From assembly GCA_017452265.1 (NCBI GenBank), contig JAFTMS010000023.1, forward strand, positions 22,856 to 86,855: 64,000 nucleotides of DNA, given 5' to 3'. Positions within the stretch are counted from its first letter, which is position 1. Each line of letters opens with the position of its first letter. Below, piece by piece: positions 17,609 through 26,715 of this stretch. The position numbers and the translations under genes are program-made. The stretch comes from Bacteroidales bacterium. Lineage in GTDB: Bacteria; Bacteroidota; Bacteroidia; Bacteroidales; UBA932. The notes under the pieces were generated by a model. It was not told the origin of the DNA and searched no databases. It was given only the letters and a program-made list of their open reading frames with translations.

Positions 17609-20056
17609 TTATAGGAACAGTCCTGCCACTCTGAAGGTGATGAAAGCGGCAAACCATGCCAACAATATGGTATACACGGCCGTCATTATGGCCCATTTCC
17701 AGCCTCCGGTCTCCTGCTTTATGGCAACGAACGTGGCTATGCAAGGGAAGTACAGAAGGATGAACACCATGTAGGCCAGGGCCGCTGCAGGTGTCACGCT
17801 GCGTGTCAGAGCCTTCTGCAGGCGCGTATCCCCCACGAGACCGTCAGACACGGCATCATCAGCCGCTCCTGCCACCACCGGTTCCTCATCGGCATACATC
17901 ACACCCAACGTACTGACCACAAGCTCCTTCGCCCCCACTCCGGCAACGATTCCCACGCCCATGCGCCAGTCGAATCCTAACGGCTTCAGCACTGGCTCCA
18001 TCGCCTTTCCGACATATCCTATGAATGAATGCTCCTGCTGCTCCTTCACCGAATCATAAGCATTGTGGTTCGGGAAATATCCAAGAAACCATATCACGAG
18101 CGAGCACACAAGGATGATTCCGCTCATCTTCTGCAGGTACTGCTTTCCCTTTTCCCATGTGTGCCTGAATACTGATTTCGCCGTCGGCACGCGGTACGGC
18201 GGAAGCTCCATAACGAACGGCAGATCGTCGTCCTTGAAGAAACGGCTCATTATCTTGGCCGCTATGATGGCAAGCAAAATGCCGAGGGCATACAGGCCTA
18301 ACAGGACAAGAGCGGCATGGCGCGGAAAGAACGCTCCGGCTATGAGTATATACACAGGCATACGTCCTGCACACGACATCAGCGGAATTATCAGGATAGT
18401 TATAAGACGGCTCTTGCGGCTCTCTATCGTCCTCGTGGCCATGATTGCAGGCACATTGCATCCGAATCCCATTATCATCGGGATGAATGATTTGCCGTGA
18501 AGCCCCATCCTGTGCATGAGACGATCCATGATGAATGCCGCCCGTGCCATATATCCGGAATCCTCGAGAAGCGATATGAACAGATAGAGTATCAGGATGT
18601 TAGGCAGGAACACGAGCACACTGCCCACGCCTCCGATGATTCCGTCCACCACAAGATCCTTCAGCCATCCATCCTTCATCGTCGTGGCCACGAATGCCCC
18701 GAACTTCTCCACCACCCATCCGATCCACTGCATCGGATACTCTCCGAGCACGAATGTACCGTCGAAGACTATATAAAGAAGAAGAAGGAATATCGGAAAG
18801 GCAAGCCATCTGTTCGTCACTACCGCATCGATCTTATCCGTCAGCGTATGCCTTTTCTTCTTGCCCTGATATGGTGTGAACGTCTCGGCCAAAGCTCCCT
18901 GCACGAAGGCGTATTTCGCATCGACAAGGGCGGATTCTATTCCCGACCCGAGCAGTTCTCTTATGCGTGTGCCTTCCTCGAAGCGCGCAGCGATGATTTC
19001 GTCGCGGTTCGGAAGCGCCTCCACCACTTGCTCCACTTCCTTGTCGTTTTCGAGATACTTTATGGAAAGATACCTTGTCGAATACTTATAACGAATGTCT
19101 TCCGTCCTGGAAATCAGCGCCTTGATCCTGTCGATGCTCTGCTCCAGCTCCACTCCGTGGTTGATGTGGATATGGCGTGCGAGATGTGGATCGCTCTTCT
19201 CGTAGATCTGGATCACGGTGTCGAAAAGTGCACCGATTCCGTCACCGTTCCGGCTCACCGTCGGCACAACAGGCATACCGAGCAGCCATCCCAGCTGCTT
19301 GATGTCTAATCTGTCGCCTTTGGCCTGCAGCTCGTCGTACATGTTCAGAGCCATCACCACGCGAAGGTTCATGTCTATGAGCTGTGTGGTAAGATACAGG
19401 TTGCGCTGAAGGTTCGATGCATCCACGACATTGACGACAACATCCGGCATTTCCTCAATGAGATTCCGCCGCACATAAAGCTCTTCAGGGCTGTAGGCAG
19501 AAAGCGAATATGTACCCGGAAGATCCACAAGCAGGAACTTGTACCCGCCATGTTCGAAAGTGCCTTCCTTCGCATCCACCGTCACGCCGCTATAGTTGCC
19601 CACATGCTCATGACTTCCTGAGGCGATATTGAAAAGCGAGGTCTTGCCGCAGTTCGGATTGCCGACCAGAGCCACCTTTATCACCTTGCCGCGCTCCTCC
19701 GCCAGCGAACTCATCTCACGCTCCACGTACGCATCCTCACACTCATCCGCCTCCAGTGCAGGAAGCGCTTCACCCGCAAGACCGGTGCCCTTATTTCCGG
19801 CAGCCGACGTCTTCATCTGCTCAAGAGCCTCAGCCTCGCTGATTACCTCGATCTTTGCGGCTTCCTCGCGCCTGAGCGAAATCTTGTATCCTATTATTTC
19901 ATATTCAATCGGATCCCGCAGAGGGGCGTTCAGAATGACCTTCACCTTGTTTCCCTTGACGAAGCCCATTTCGATTATCCTCTTACGAAAGCCCCCGTGA
20001 CCGTACACCTTTACGATCACTCCGCGTTCACCCGTCTTTAATTCCGATAGTTTCAT
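17609..20056 (-). CDS. feoB: Ferrous iron transporter FeoB with fused N-terminal FeoA domain
   Basis: FeoA (RKRIIEMGF...APLRDP); G1 GNPNCGKT, GNYSGVT, DLPG, NMYD; gate motifs GFGCNVPA, FVMELPPYR, LYFPC. Confidence 0.96.
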   Translation of the reverse strand: MKLSELKTGERGVIVKVYGHGGFRKRIIEMGFVKGNKVKVILNAPLRDPIEYEIIGYKISLRREEAAKIEVISEAEALEQMKTSAAGNKGTGLAGEALPALEADECEDAYVEREMSSLAEERGKVIKVALVGNPNCGKTSLFNIASGSHEHVGNYSGVTVDAKEGTFEHGGYKFLLVDLPGTYSLSAYSPEELYVRRNLIEEMPDVVVNVVDASNLQRNLYLTTQLIDMNLRVVMALNMYDELQAKGDRLDIKQLGWLLGMPVVPTVSRNGDGIGALFDTVIQIYEKSDPHLARHIHINHGVELEQSIDRIKALISRTEDIRYKYSTRYLSIKYLENDKEVEQVVEALPNRDEIIAARFEEGTRIRELLGSGIESALVDAKYAFVQGALAETFTPYQGKKKRHTLTDKIDAVVTNRWLAFPIFLLLLYIVFDGTFVLGEYPMQWIGWVVEKFGAFVATTMKDGWLKDLVVDGIIGGVGSVLVFLPNILILYLFISLLEDSGYMARAAFIMDRLMHRMGLHGKSFIPMIMGFGCNVPAIMATRTIESRKSRLITILIIPLMSCAGRMPVYILIAGAFFPRHAALVLLGLYALGILLAIIAAKIMSRFFKDDDLPFVMELPPYRVPTAKSVFRHTWEKGKQYLQKMSGIILVCSLVIWFLGYFPNHNAYDSVKEQQEHSFIGYVGKAMEPVLKPLGFDWRMGVGIVAGVGAKELVVSTLGVMYADEEPVVAGAADDAVSDGLVGDTRLQKALTRSVTPAAALAYMVFILLYFPCIATFVAIKQETGGWKWAIMTAVYTILLAWFAAFITFRVAGLFL

Positions 20057-20118
20057 GCCCGCAAAGATATCAAATTTCGGCGACCTGCGGGCCGGCAAAG
20101 CCTGCAATCGGCGCTTTC

Positions 20119-20167
20119 ATACCCACAATTTATGAGGATGCGGCACGCCGATACCCACAATTTGGTA
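20119..20167. promoter_or_regulatory. 13-bp direct repeat ATACCCACAATTT x2; the second copy forms 7-2-7 box TACCCAC-AA-TTTGGTA
   Basis: Copies at 20119 and 20151, between divergent promoter elements at 20062-20069 (-) and 20200-20207 (+). Confidence 0.55.
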
Positions 20168-20227
20168 GACAGCATGCCCGCAACACGTAAAATAATGATT
20201 ATATTTGCAGGTCACACGAATCAGACA

Positions 20228-21472
20228 ATGAAAAGACACATATCCGCAATACTTTCTGCCATGCTTCTGCTGGCATCCTGCTCAGAAGAGCTGTCCCAGA
20301 CCCCTGCCGTGTCCTTTGTGACCTCCGGCCCTGTATCGGTGGAGTTCGAGAACGCGAAATTCTCGATAGTTTCCAGAAACTACACATCGAAGGAAGCCTG
20401 CACCATTCCCGTAATCTTCTCAGGCACAGCAGAAAAGGGCGTAGACTATACCGTCTCTTCCGAAGCCTTCGTGCTCGGCGGCGATGCCCCTGTGGACTCG
20501 ATTGTGGTGACGGCCCTTGTGCTCGGTTCGGACAAGACCGTAAACATGAGCCTGAACCTTCCTGACGGAATCGAGGCCGGAACACACCGGACAGCAGGAT
20601 TCACCCTGCAGGACAAGTTCGGCTACATGACCTTCGGCTCGTCGCATTCACTTCTTGCGGACACTCTCACATTTACGCTCGGCGTGCTGGACCGCAACGG
20701 AAAGGCACAGGCAGTCGGGAAGGATGCTGACATCACCGTGAGCGTGAATACGGAGAAATCCACCGCAGTAGAGGGCACGCATTTCGAATTCGCGGACAGT
20801 TCGCATGTGACCATAAAGGCAGGCAGTGCGGCAGGGAAACTGCGTCTCGCGACCATCGGGGAGCCTGTCGAGGGCCAGGACATCATCGTACTGGACATAT
20901 CGTACGACAAGGGACTTTATGGCGAAGGCCTCATACAGCAGTCCACGATAGCGGTTCTCGGCGGAAGATTCGCCAGCCTTGAAGGGAAATGGAAGATTGA
21001 CACGCTCATAACGGATTCGGTGTACATGAAGAACATCTGGGGAGAATCCTGCACCCTGCTGGAGGAACTGCCGAAATTCAAGGCAACCGACGCCGTGACC
21101 TTCAGCATGGAGACATGCACCTTCACTCCGTCATTCAGTTCGGGTTTCAGGAACTATTTCACCGGGGCATCGCACCTGTGGAAGGACGCCTCGTACACGC
21201 TTGACAAGGGAGAAGAAGAATATGCTGACCTTCAACTCTTTATGTTTGACAATACGAACAGGTGGTTTTCGGTCGAAGAGCAGAGCGAGGACAAGAATTC
21301 GCTGGTCGGCATAAGAATGATACAGGACGAAGAGACTTCAGAAGATCTCCTCGACCTGTACATTCTGGACCATAACTCCAAAGCCTTCATGCCGGAACTG
21401 GAATATGACGAAGAAAAGCCGACGGCAGCCTCGCGAGGCAGATATCTCAACGCCGTATTCAGGAAGAACTGA
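20228..21472 (+). CDS. Surface lipoprotein with Calx-beta/Ig-like domains
   Basis: Lipobox LLASC; FSGTAEKGVDY and STAVEGTHF Calx-beta-like motifs. Confidence 0.72.
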   Translation: MKRHISAILSAMLLLASCSEELSQTPAVSFVTSGPVSVEFENAKFSIVSRNYTSKEACTIPVIFSGTAEKGVDYTVSSEAFVLGGDAPVDSIVVTALVLGSDKTVNMSLNLPDGIEAGTHRTAGFTLQDKFGYMTFGSSHSLLADTLTFTLGVLDRNGKAQAVGKDADITVSVNTEKSTAVEGTHFEFADSSHVTIKAGSAAGKLRLATIGEPVEGQDIIVLDISYDKGLYGEGLIQQSTIAVLGGRFASLEGKWKIDTLITDSVYMKNIWGESCTLLEELPKFKATDAVTFSMETCTFTPSFSSGFRNYFTGASHLWKDASYTLDKGEEEYADLQLFMFDNTNRWFSVEEQSEDKNSLVGIRMIQDEETSEDLLDLYILDHNSKAFMPELEYDEEKPTAASRGRYLNAVFRKN

Positions 21473-21493
21473 TTTTTTCCGGACAGGCTCGGC

Positions 21494-22372
21494 TTACTCG
21501 ATTTCGATTGTATAGGCCCCTGTGAATTTTTCCGACGGTGCAAGACGGTTCACCCAGTCCTTGTCCCTGTAGTCTCCCGTGAACTCCACACGGTCGCAGC
21601 GTCCGTACCACGGCTCTATGCACACGAACGGCGCCACCTTTTCCGGAGGCGACCAGAGGCCGAGAACCGGAGCGTCAAACGTCAGATTCAGCCACGGAGT
21701 GCCGTCCTCACGGAACATCGACACCTTGCTCACCTGTGAATCCTGAAGCACGAATGTATTTACGGCATCGAACGTGTCGGCATCCAGCTTCAGTTTTCCG
21801 TCCTGCAGTTCGAGAGGATATTCCGTTTCTGCATCCACGCAGCCCTTCTCCGCGAGCCTGATGCATTTCAGGCCTTCTGAGCGGTCGAATGTAAAGAATC
21901 CGCGTCCTTTTGTCTGAGGATCATAATCCGGATAATTGAAGGCAGGATGCGCTCCGATCTGGAAATACATGTCTACATCCCCCGGATTCGTGACCTCCCA
22001 GATCACGTCGAGCTTATTGCCACGAAGCCTGTAGGAAATCTCCAGAACGAACGGCCACGGATATTTTGTCAGCGTTTCTTCCGACGATTCCAGCCTGTAT
22101 CGCACCTCCGTCTCGGAAGCGCTCACCAGAGCGAAATCCATGTCGCGCGCAAAGCCATGCTGTCCAAGGCAGTACACCTTGCCGTCCACCCGATATTCCG
22201 CATTCCACACGCTGCCCACAATCGGAAACAGCACCGGCGAATGCCTGCCCCAATAGGCCGGATCCGCCTGCCAAAGATACTCCGTAGCGCCCTTCCTGAT
22301 GCTCGTAAGCTCGGCGCCATGCCCGCTGACCTCAACCGTCAGCACCTCATTCTTGAGTGTCTGCATATCCAT
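21494..22372 (-). CDS. Aldose 1-epimerase family protein (LacX-like)
   Basis: GAELTSI, EYLWQADP.YW..HSPVLFP, QHGFARD, IGAHPAF, FVCIEPW.G. Confidence 0.92.
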   Translation of the reverse strand: MDMQTLKNEVLTVEVSGHGAELTSIRKGATEYLWQADPAYWGRHSPVLFPIVGSVWNAEYRVDGKVYCLGQHGFARDMDFALVSASETEVRYRLESSEETLTKYPWPFVLEISYRLRGNKLDVIWEVTNPGDVDMYFQIGAHPAFNYPDYDPQTKGRGFFTFDRSEGLKCIRLAEKGCVDAETEYPLELQDGKLKLDADTFDAVNTFVLQDSQVSKVSMFREDGTPWLNLTFDAPVLGLWSPPEKVAPFVCIEPWYGRCDRVEFTGDYRDKDWVNRLAPSEKFTGAYTIEIE

Positions 22373-22385
22373 ATATCGTTTATTT

Positions 22386-25280
22386 CTACAACATTACACC
22401 TTCCTGATTTATCTTCATCGTCATGTCTCCGAGTCTTGCGGTCATTATGCCGTCCGTCGGCCAGCTGATGGAATCATATTCAAACGGGGTGACCACTTCG
22501 CCCTTACGGTTCAGGCAGCCCATCCTCTTGAGGCCGCCGGTCATGATGCGGCACATCGGACATATTCCATTCTCGCCTTCGGTGAAGAACGACTTCACAT
22601 CCGGAGTCCAGAACCTGTAATATGAACATGGTATCACGATATTTCCCGCCATGTCGATGAATCCCCAGCCGTCGTCCGGATCTTCAGAAGCGCTGCGGCG
22701 GACAGCGACCATGCCGTCCATGCTGAAATCGCAGCTGTGGTATGCATCGAACACAGGAGCGACGACCATTGCCCCTTGTGCATCCACGAAGCCATATTTT
22801 CCCGTATGCACATTCTGGAAGCCTATGAGCTCCCCTCCCTTGGACGTCATGAGACGATATCCTTCCTCCGTGGTCATGTCCTTCACATCCGGGTTGTTCA
22901 TGGTCCTGGCCTTCTCTATCCTTGCGGCATCGAAGATGACCCTTCCAAGACAGTAGTTGTCCGACGTGTGGGCTTCCGAAGGATCGTCAAGGTATATGCC
23001 GAAGTCCTCCTTTGCCAACGTCTTCCACACTCCGGCCATCTTCACCTGCGCCTTGCCGTCGGAAAACGGCTTCACATCCTCGAACAACGCCTGCGTGAAG
23101 AAATCCGTGTCATAGCCGATGAAGCCGTACATGACGCCCTCGTTGCTCCAGATGTCAGGGCTCAGACTATACACCGCAATCCCCTCTGCATCAGCAGGAT
23201 ATACCGTCAGCATATATCCATTTATATTCTCGGCGAATGTTCCTGACCCGACCCGTGGCACATACGTCCACACCGCTTCTGCGGCATTGTCCCAATGGTT
23301 TGCGCTCACACCTATGATGCGCCTGCCGTCCCATGTCGCACCGGCATACCGCAGAGCGGCCACCGGCATATGCTCCGAGCCGGTCTCAAGCGTGGCCTTC
23401 AGCAGCCTTGTATCCTTATCGTAGAAGCATATGTGGCTGTCCGAGAGTCTGATGAAGGTCTTTGATGACTCCATACCCACCCCCGATTTCGAGAACGACC
23501 GTTCAGCCATGTTGATGCGGCATGTGCATAAATAGTCCGAATCACGTCCGAACAGCTTCAGAACCGGCATCTGCGCAAGCATGAGTTCTGCATAGAAATC
23601 ATCCAGATCCGTCATTATCTTTCCCGCAAGCGTATAGAAGCTCGTACGCAGCGTCCGGCCTTCTCCGAAAAGGTACGAGAAGAATATCATGCCGTCTGCA
23701 ACGAAACAGCGTGATTCATCCGGCCATACATATTCCGTACGGTTGTTGAGTATGCCGTCCTTCCTTATGCTGAACCTCAACGTGCCTGATGTCGTGGACT
23801 TTGCCACCACCCTCTGTGCAAGCACGTCTCCGGCCATGATGTCCACAACAATGACAGCATCACCGTCAGGAGCGAAACCCTTGTTGCGCACGCGTGCCGT
23901 CACCGTCTTCCATTCCGATGCCAGACTTGTTCCCATGGCCTTGTCATATGCGGCCACCTTCGAAGAGGTCACGGCCTTGAGCAAAGGCGTCAGCCAGCCT
24001 CCCACCGGAACCGCTACGCCGTCAATCAGCACGGCCACCCTCGAAAGCGCCTTGCTGGCCGGCACACTGAACCCCTTGCTGTCCTGCAGCCTCATGTCCT
24101 TTCCGACCGTGACGAACGACTCTCCGTCAGGGCAGATGCCCTCCTCCGGTCTGACTGTCCTGACCACCGGCCTCGCCAGATGGAACGCATTGTCGAACCT
24201 CCACTGGGATTTCAGGGCGACCGGACTCATCACATCCTTGAGATGGCGCTTCATCCAATACGGGAATCTCTCGTATTCCGCGTCCCTTTCCATATATCTG
24301 GCCGGACTCATCTCCTTGAAGGTCATGTCATCGAACTCTTCCGGCTCCATAAGCCTGTCCTTATAATAGACCTTGATGCCACGCTTGCCACCCTTCTCCT
24401 CGAAAAGCTGATAGAAGGCATGCTTTTCCTCTATCTGATTGGTCATCATGCATGAGGCGAGCAGCATTTCCCCGGACTTGCTCCACAGGCCGTATCTGTC
24501 GAGCATCTGCACCAGTATTCTGCCGTCCTCTGTCACCGAGATCCTGTCGTAATCCGGCCGTAGCAGCTCCTTTCCGTCGACATGCCAGCAGCCGCATCTG
24601 CCGTCCTTGCGGAAAAGAAGAAGATCGCTGTCGTTCGGCTCAAGCCACACGGAATCGGCGCACGGCTTCATCAGCACCCTTTTTCTGTCAAGAGATATGA
24701 AGCCGACCCTGCCGTCTGTACGCACTATGCTCAACGCTCCGTACTGCTTTTCAGGAACACCGTCATATTCATTATTGAACACCACGTTGCCCTGCAGGTC
24801 GTACGCTCCCCAGCGGCCGTCCCTGCGGAACCATGCCTGGCCGAGGCTGTCGAAAGGCAGGATTTCCTCTGCTCCATCGGCCAGCACCTTGCCGAGCGCG
24901 TTGACAAGCCCCGCAGCACCGTTCCTCGTGAATATGGCGACTCCACGGTCAAAGTCCGTTATGCTGTCGAATTCCGGTTCAAGGAGATACAGGCCCGTAC
25001 CGGATATATATCCGTATTTTCCTGCGGACATTATTCTTGCACATGACACAGGGACAGCATCATTCACCTTTGTAGACTTGAATTCCTCGGCAGCATCGAA
25101 TACCGCCTTGATACGGAAGTTCCCCTTTTCGTTGGCATAGCCCCAGCGGCCCTTCTTTTCCGCCGGAACAAGGGTCTCCGCCATCTCTTTTTCCGAAAGT
25201 TCCTTCAGTTTGGGATACTCCTGTGCGGAAACCGCACACGCGAGGCAAAGAATTGCCAATGTGAATAGTGTTCTCTTCAT
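22386..25280 (-). CDS. WG-repeat-containing exported protein
   Basis: Signal peptide MKRTLFTLAILCLACAVSA; repeated (W/Y)G(Y/F)I...G..I.P.(F/Y)D units at both ends. Confidence 0.82.
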   Translation of the reverse strand: MKRTLFTLAILCLACAVSAQEYPKLKELSEKEMAETLVPAEKKGRWGYANEKGNFRIKAVFDAAEEFKSTKVNDAVPVSCARIMSAGKYGYISGTGLYLLEPEFDSITDFDRGVAIFTRNGAAGLVNALGKVLADGAEEILPFDSLGQAWFRRDGRWGAYDLQGNVVFNNEYDGVPEKQYGALSIVRTDGRVGFISLDRKRVLMKPCADSVWLEPNDSDLLLFRKDGRCGCWHVDGKELLRPDYDRISVTEDGRILVQMLDRYGLWSKSGEMLLASCMMTNQIEEKHAFYQLFEEKGGKRGIKVYYKDRLMEPEEFDDMTFKEMSPARYMERDAEYERFPYWMKRHLKDVMSPVALKSQWRFDNAFHLARPVVRTVRPEEGICPDGESFVTVGKDMRLQDSKGFSVPASKALSRVAVLIDGVAVPVGGWLTPLLKAVTSSKVAAYDKAMGTSLASEWKTVTARVRNKGFAPDGDAVIVVDIMAGDVLAQRVVAKSTTSGTLRFSIRKDGILNNRTEYVWPDESRCFVADGMIFFSYLFGEGRTLRTSFYTLAGKIMTDLDDFYAELMLAQMPVLKLFGRDSDYLCTCRINMAERSFSKSGVGMESSKTFIRLSDSHICFYDKDTRLLKATLETGSEHMPVAALRYAGATWDGRRIIGVSANHWDNAAEAVWTYVPRVGSGTFAENINGYMLTVYPADAEGIAVYSLSPDIWSNEGVMYGFIGYDTDFFTQALFEDVKPFSDGKAQVKMAGVWKTLAKEDFGIYLDDPSEAHTSDNYCLGRVIFDAARIEKARTMNNPDVKDMTTEEGYRLMTSKGGELIGFQNVHTGKYGFVDAQGAMVVAPVFDAYHSCDFSMDGMVAVRRSASEDPDDGWGFIDMAGNIVIPCSYYRFWTPDVKSFFTEGENGICPMCRIMTGGLKRMGCLNRKGEVVTPFEYDSISWPTDGIMTARLGDMTMKINQEGVML

Positions 25281-25603
25281 GGTACACGTGTCTAAAAGTC
25301 CGATCATATGTCTGTGTCGAAGCATCTTCTTCAATCGAAGGCCAAAGGTTTGTTCGAAGGCCACAGACGAAGTAAATTTAAGCATTATTTGATTCCTTTC
25401 AAAATTTTCTGCGGGCCGGAAGGACATTTGCAAGAAATTACTCCGCAACTCACATCTGTCTATATTTCAATGCTTTACAGATTATCGCCTGCGCCACATG
25501 ACGCAGGCGATTTTTCACAATCGCCTATCTATCAGACTTTTACAGAGTCATCTTACATTGAGCACATCTTGCTTAGGACTGTTTTCCAAGGATTATAAAA
25601 CCG

Positions 25604-25637
25604 AAAACGAGGAAACTTCTTGCGAAATTTCCTCGTT
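25604..25637 (-). terminator. Intrinsic terminator after tRNA-Leu
   Basis: aacgaggaaa-N12-tttcctcgtt hairpin followed by T residues on the minus strand. Confidence 0.65.
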
Positions 25638-25647
25638 GGCATCGGGG

Positions 25648-25730
25648 TGCGGTGGGCGAGACTCGAACTCGCACAGGATTACTCCCACTACCCCCTCAAA
25701 GTAGCGTGTCTACCATTTCACCACCACCGC
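25648..25730 (-). tRNA. tRNA-Leu (anticodon GAG)
   Basis: GCGGTGG acceptor stem, D-loop TGGTAGAC, anticodon arm CTACT-TTGAGGG-GGTAG, long variable arm, GTTCGAGTC T-loop; CCA not encoded; TACCTTTG promoter element upstream. Confidence 0.96.
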
Positions 25731-25863
25731 GTCTTTGATTTGGGATTGCAAAGGTACGACAAAATTTTAAACGCGCAAACTTTTTTGCAAAAAAATTCAA
25801 AGTTTTTTCTGACACAGCGAATCATGCAGGCATTTTCATCAGAAACAGCCTTGGCTCACGTTG

Positions 25864-26670
25864 TCATTCGGCAGCAGCGGCATGCTCCTCTGCCGTGTTT
25901 AAGCGCTGAGGGCCTCCCTTTTCTGCACGAAGGAAGGCGGCGGAGCGTTTCAGGACGAAGTTGGAGCCGAGGTACTTGGTGCGGACCTCCTCGTCGGCGG
26001 CAAGTGCTTCCGGAGTGCCGCTCTGGAGGATGGAGCCTTCGTAGAGCAGGTACGCGCGATCGATGATGGCCAGCGTCTCGCCGACGTTATGGTCGGTGAT
26101 GATCACGCCGATGTTCTTGTATTTCAGTTTTGCGATTATGTACTGGATGTCCTCGACGGCAATCGGGTCCACACCGGCGAAGGGTTCGTCGAGCAGGATG
26201 AATTTCGGGTCGATAGCCAGCGCACGGGCAATCTCGCAGCGGCGACGCTCACCACCGGAGAGCTGTATGCCCTTGCTTTTGCGTACCTTGTGGAGGTTGA
26301 ACTCGTCGAGCAGGTTCTCGAGACGTTCCTTGCGTTCCGCCTTGGTGAACTGCTTGGACATCTCCATCACGGACATGATGTTGTCCTCCACGCTCATATG
26401 CCTGAATACGGAAGCCTCCTGCGCGAGGTAGCCGACGCCCTTCTGGGAGCGCTTGAACATCGGAAGGCCGGTAATGTCCTCATCGTCAAGATATATCCTG
26501 CCGCCGTTCGGGACAATCAGTCCTGTGATCATGTAGAAGCTGGTCGTCTTTCCTGCACCGTTCGGGCCGAGGAATCCGACGATTTCGCCCTGCTGCACTT
26601 CCATGGAAACGCCCTTCACGACTGTTCTCGGGCCGTATTTCTTTACAAGGTTTTCGCAACGAAGTTTCAT
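25864..26670 (-). CDS. lptB: LPS export ABC transporter ATP-binding protein
   Basis: GPNGAGKTTSF, GYLAQEASVF, LSGGERRR.EIARAL, LLDEPFAGVDP, ITDHNV. Confidence 0.95.
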   Translation of the reverse strand: MKLRCENLVKKYGPRTVVKGVSMEVQQGEIVGFLGPNGAGKTTSFYMITGLIVPNGGRIYLDDEDITGLPMFKRSQKGVGYLAQEASVFRHMSVEDNIMSVMEMSKQFTKAERKERLENLLDEFNLHKVRKSKGIQLSGGERRRCEIARALAIDPKFILLDEPFAGVDPIAVEDIQYIIAKLKYKNIGVIITDHNVGETLAIIDRAYLLYEGSILQSGTPEALAADEEVRTKYLGSNFVLKRSAAFLRAEKGGPQRLNTAEEHAAAAE

Positions 26671-26715
26671 TCTGATATATTTTAATGCCCTTCAGAGGGC
26701 CTTGTGTTCAATTAT

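Noticed and set aside
25648-25730. tRNA-Leu as an integration site
   Set aside because: No integrase nearby, and I saw no duplicated tRNA 3' end in the window.
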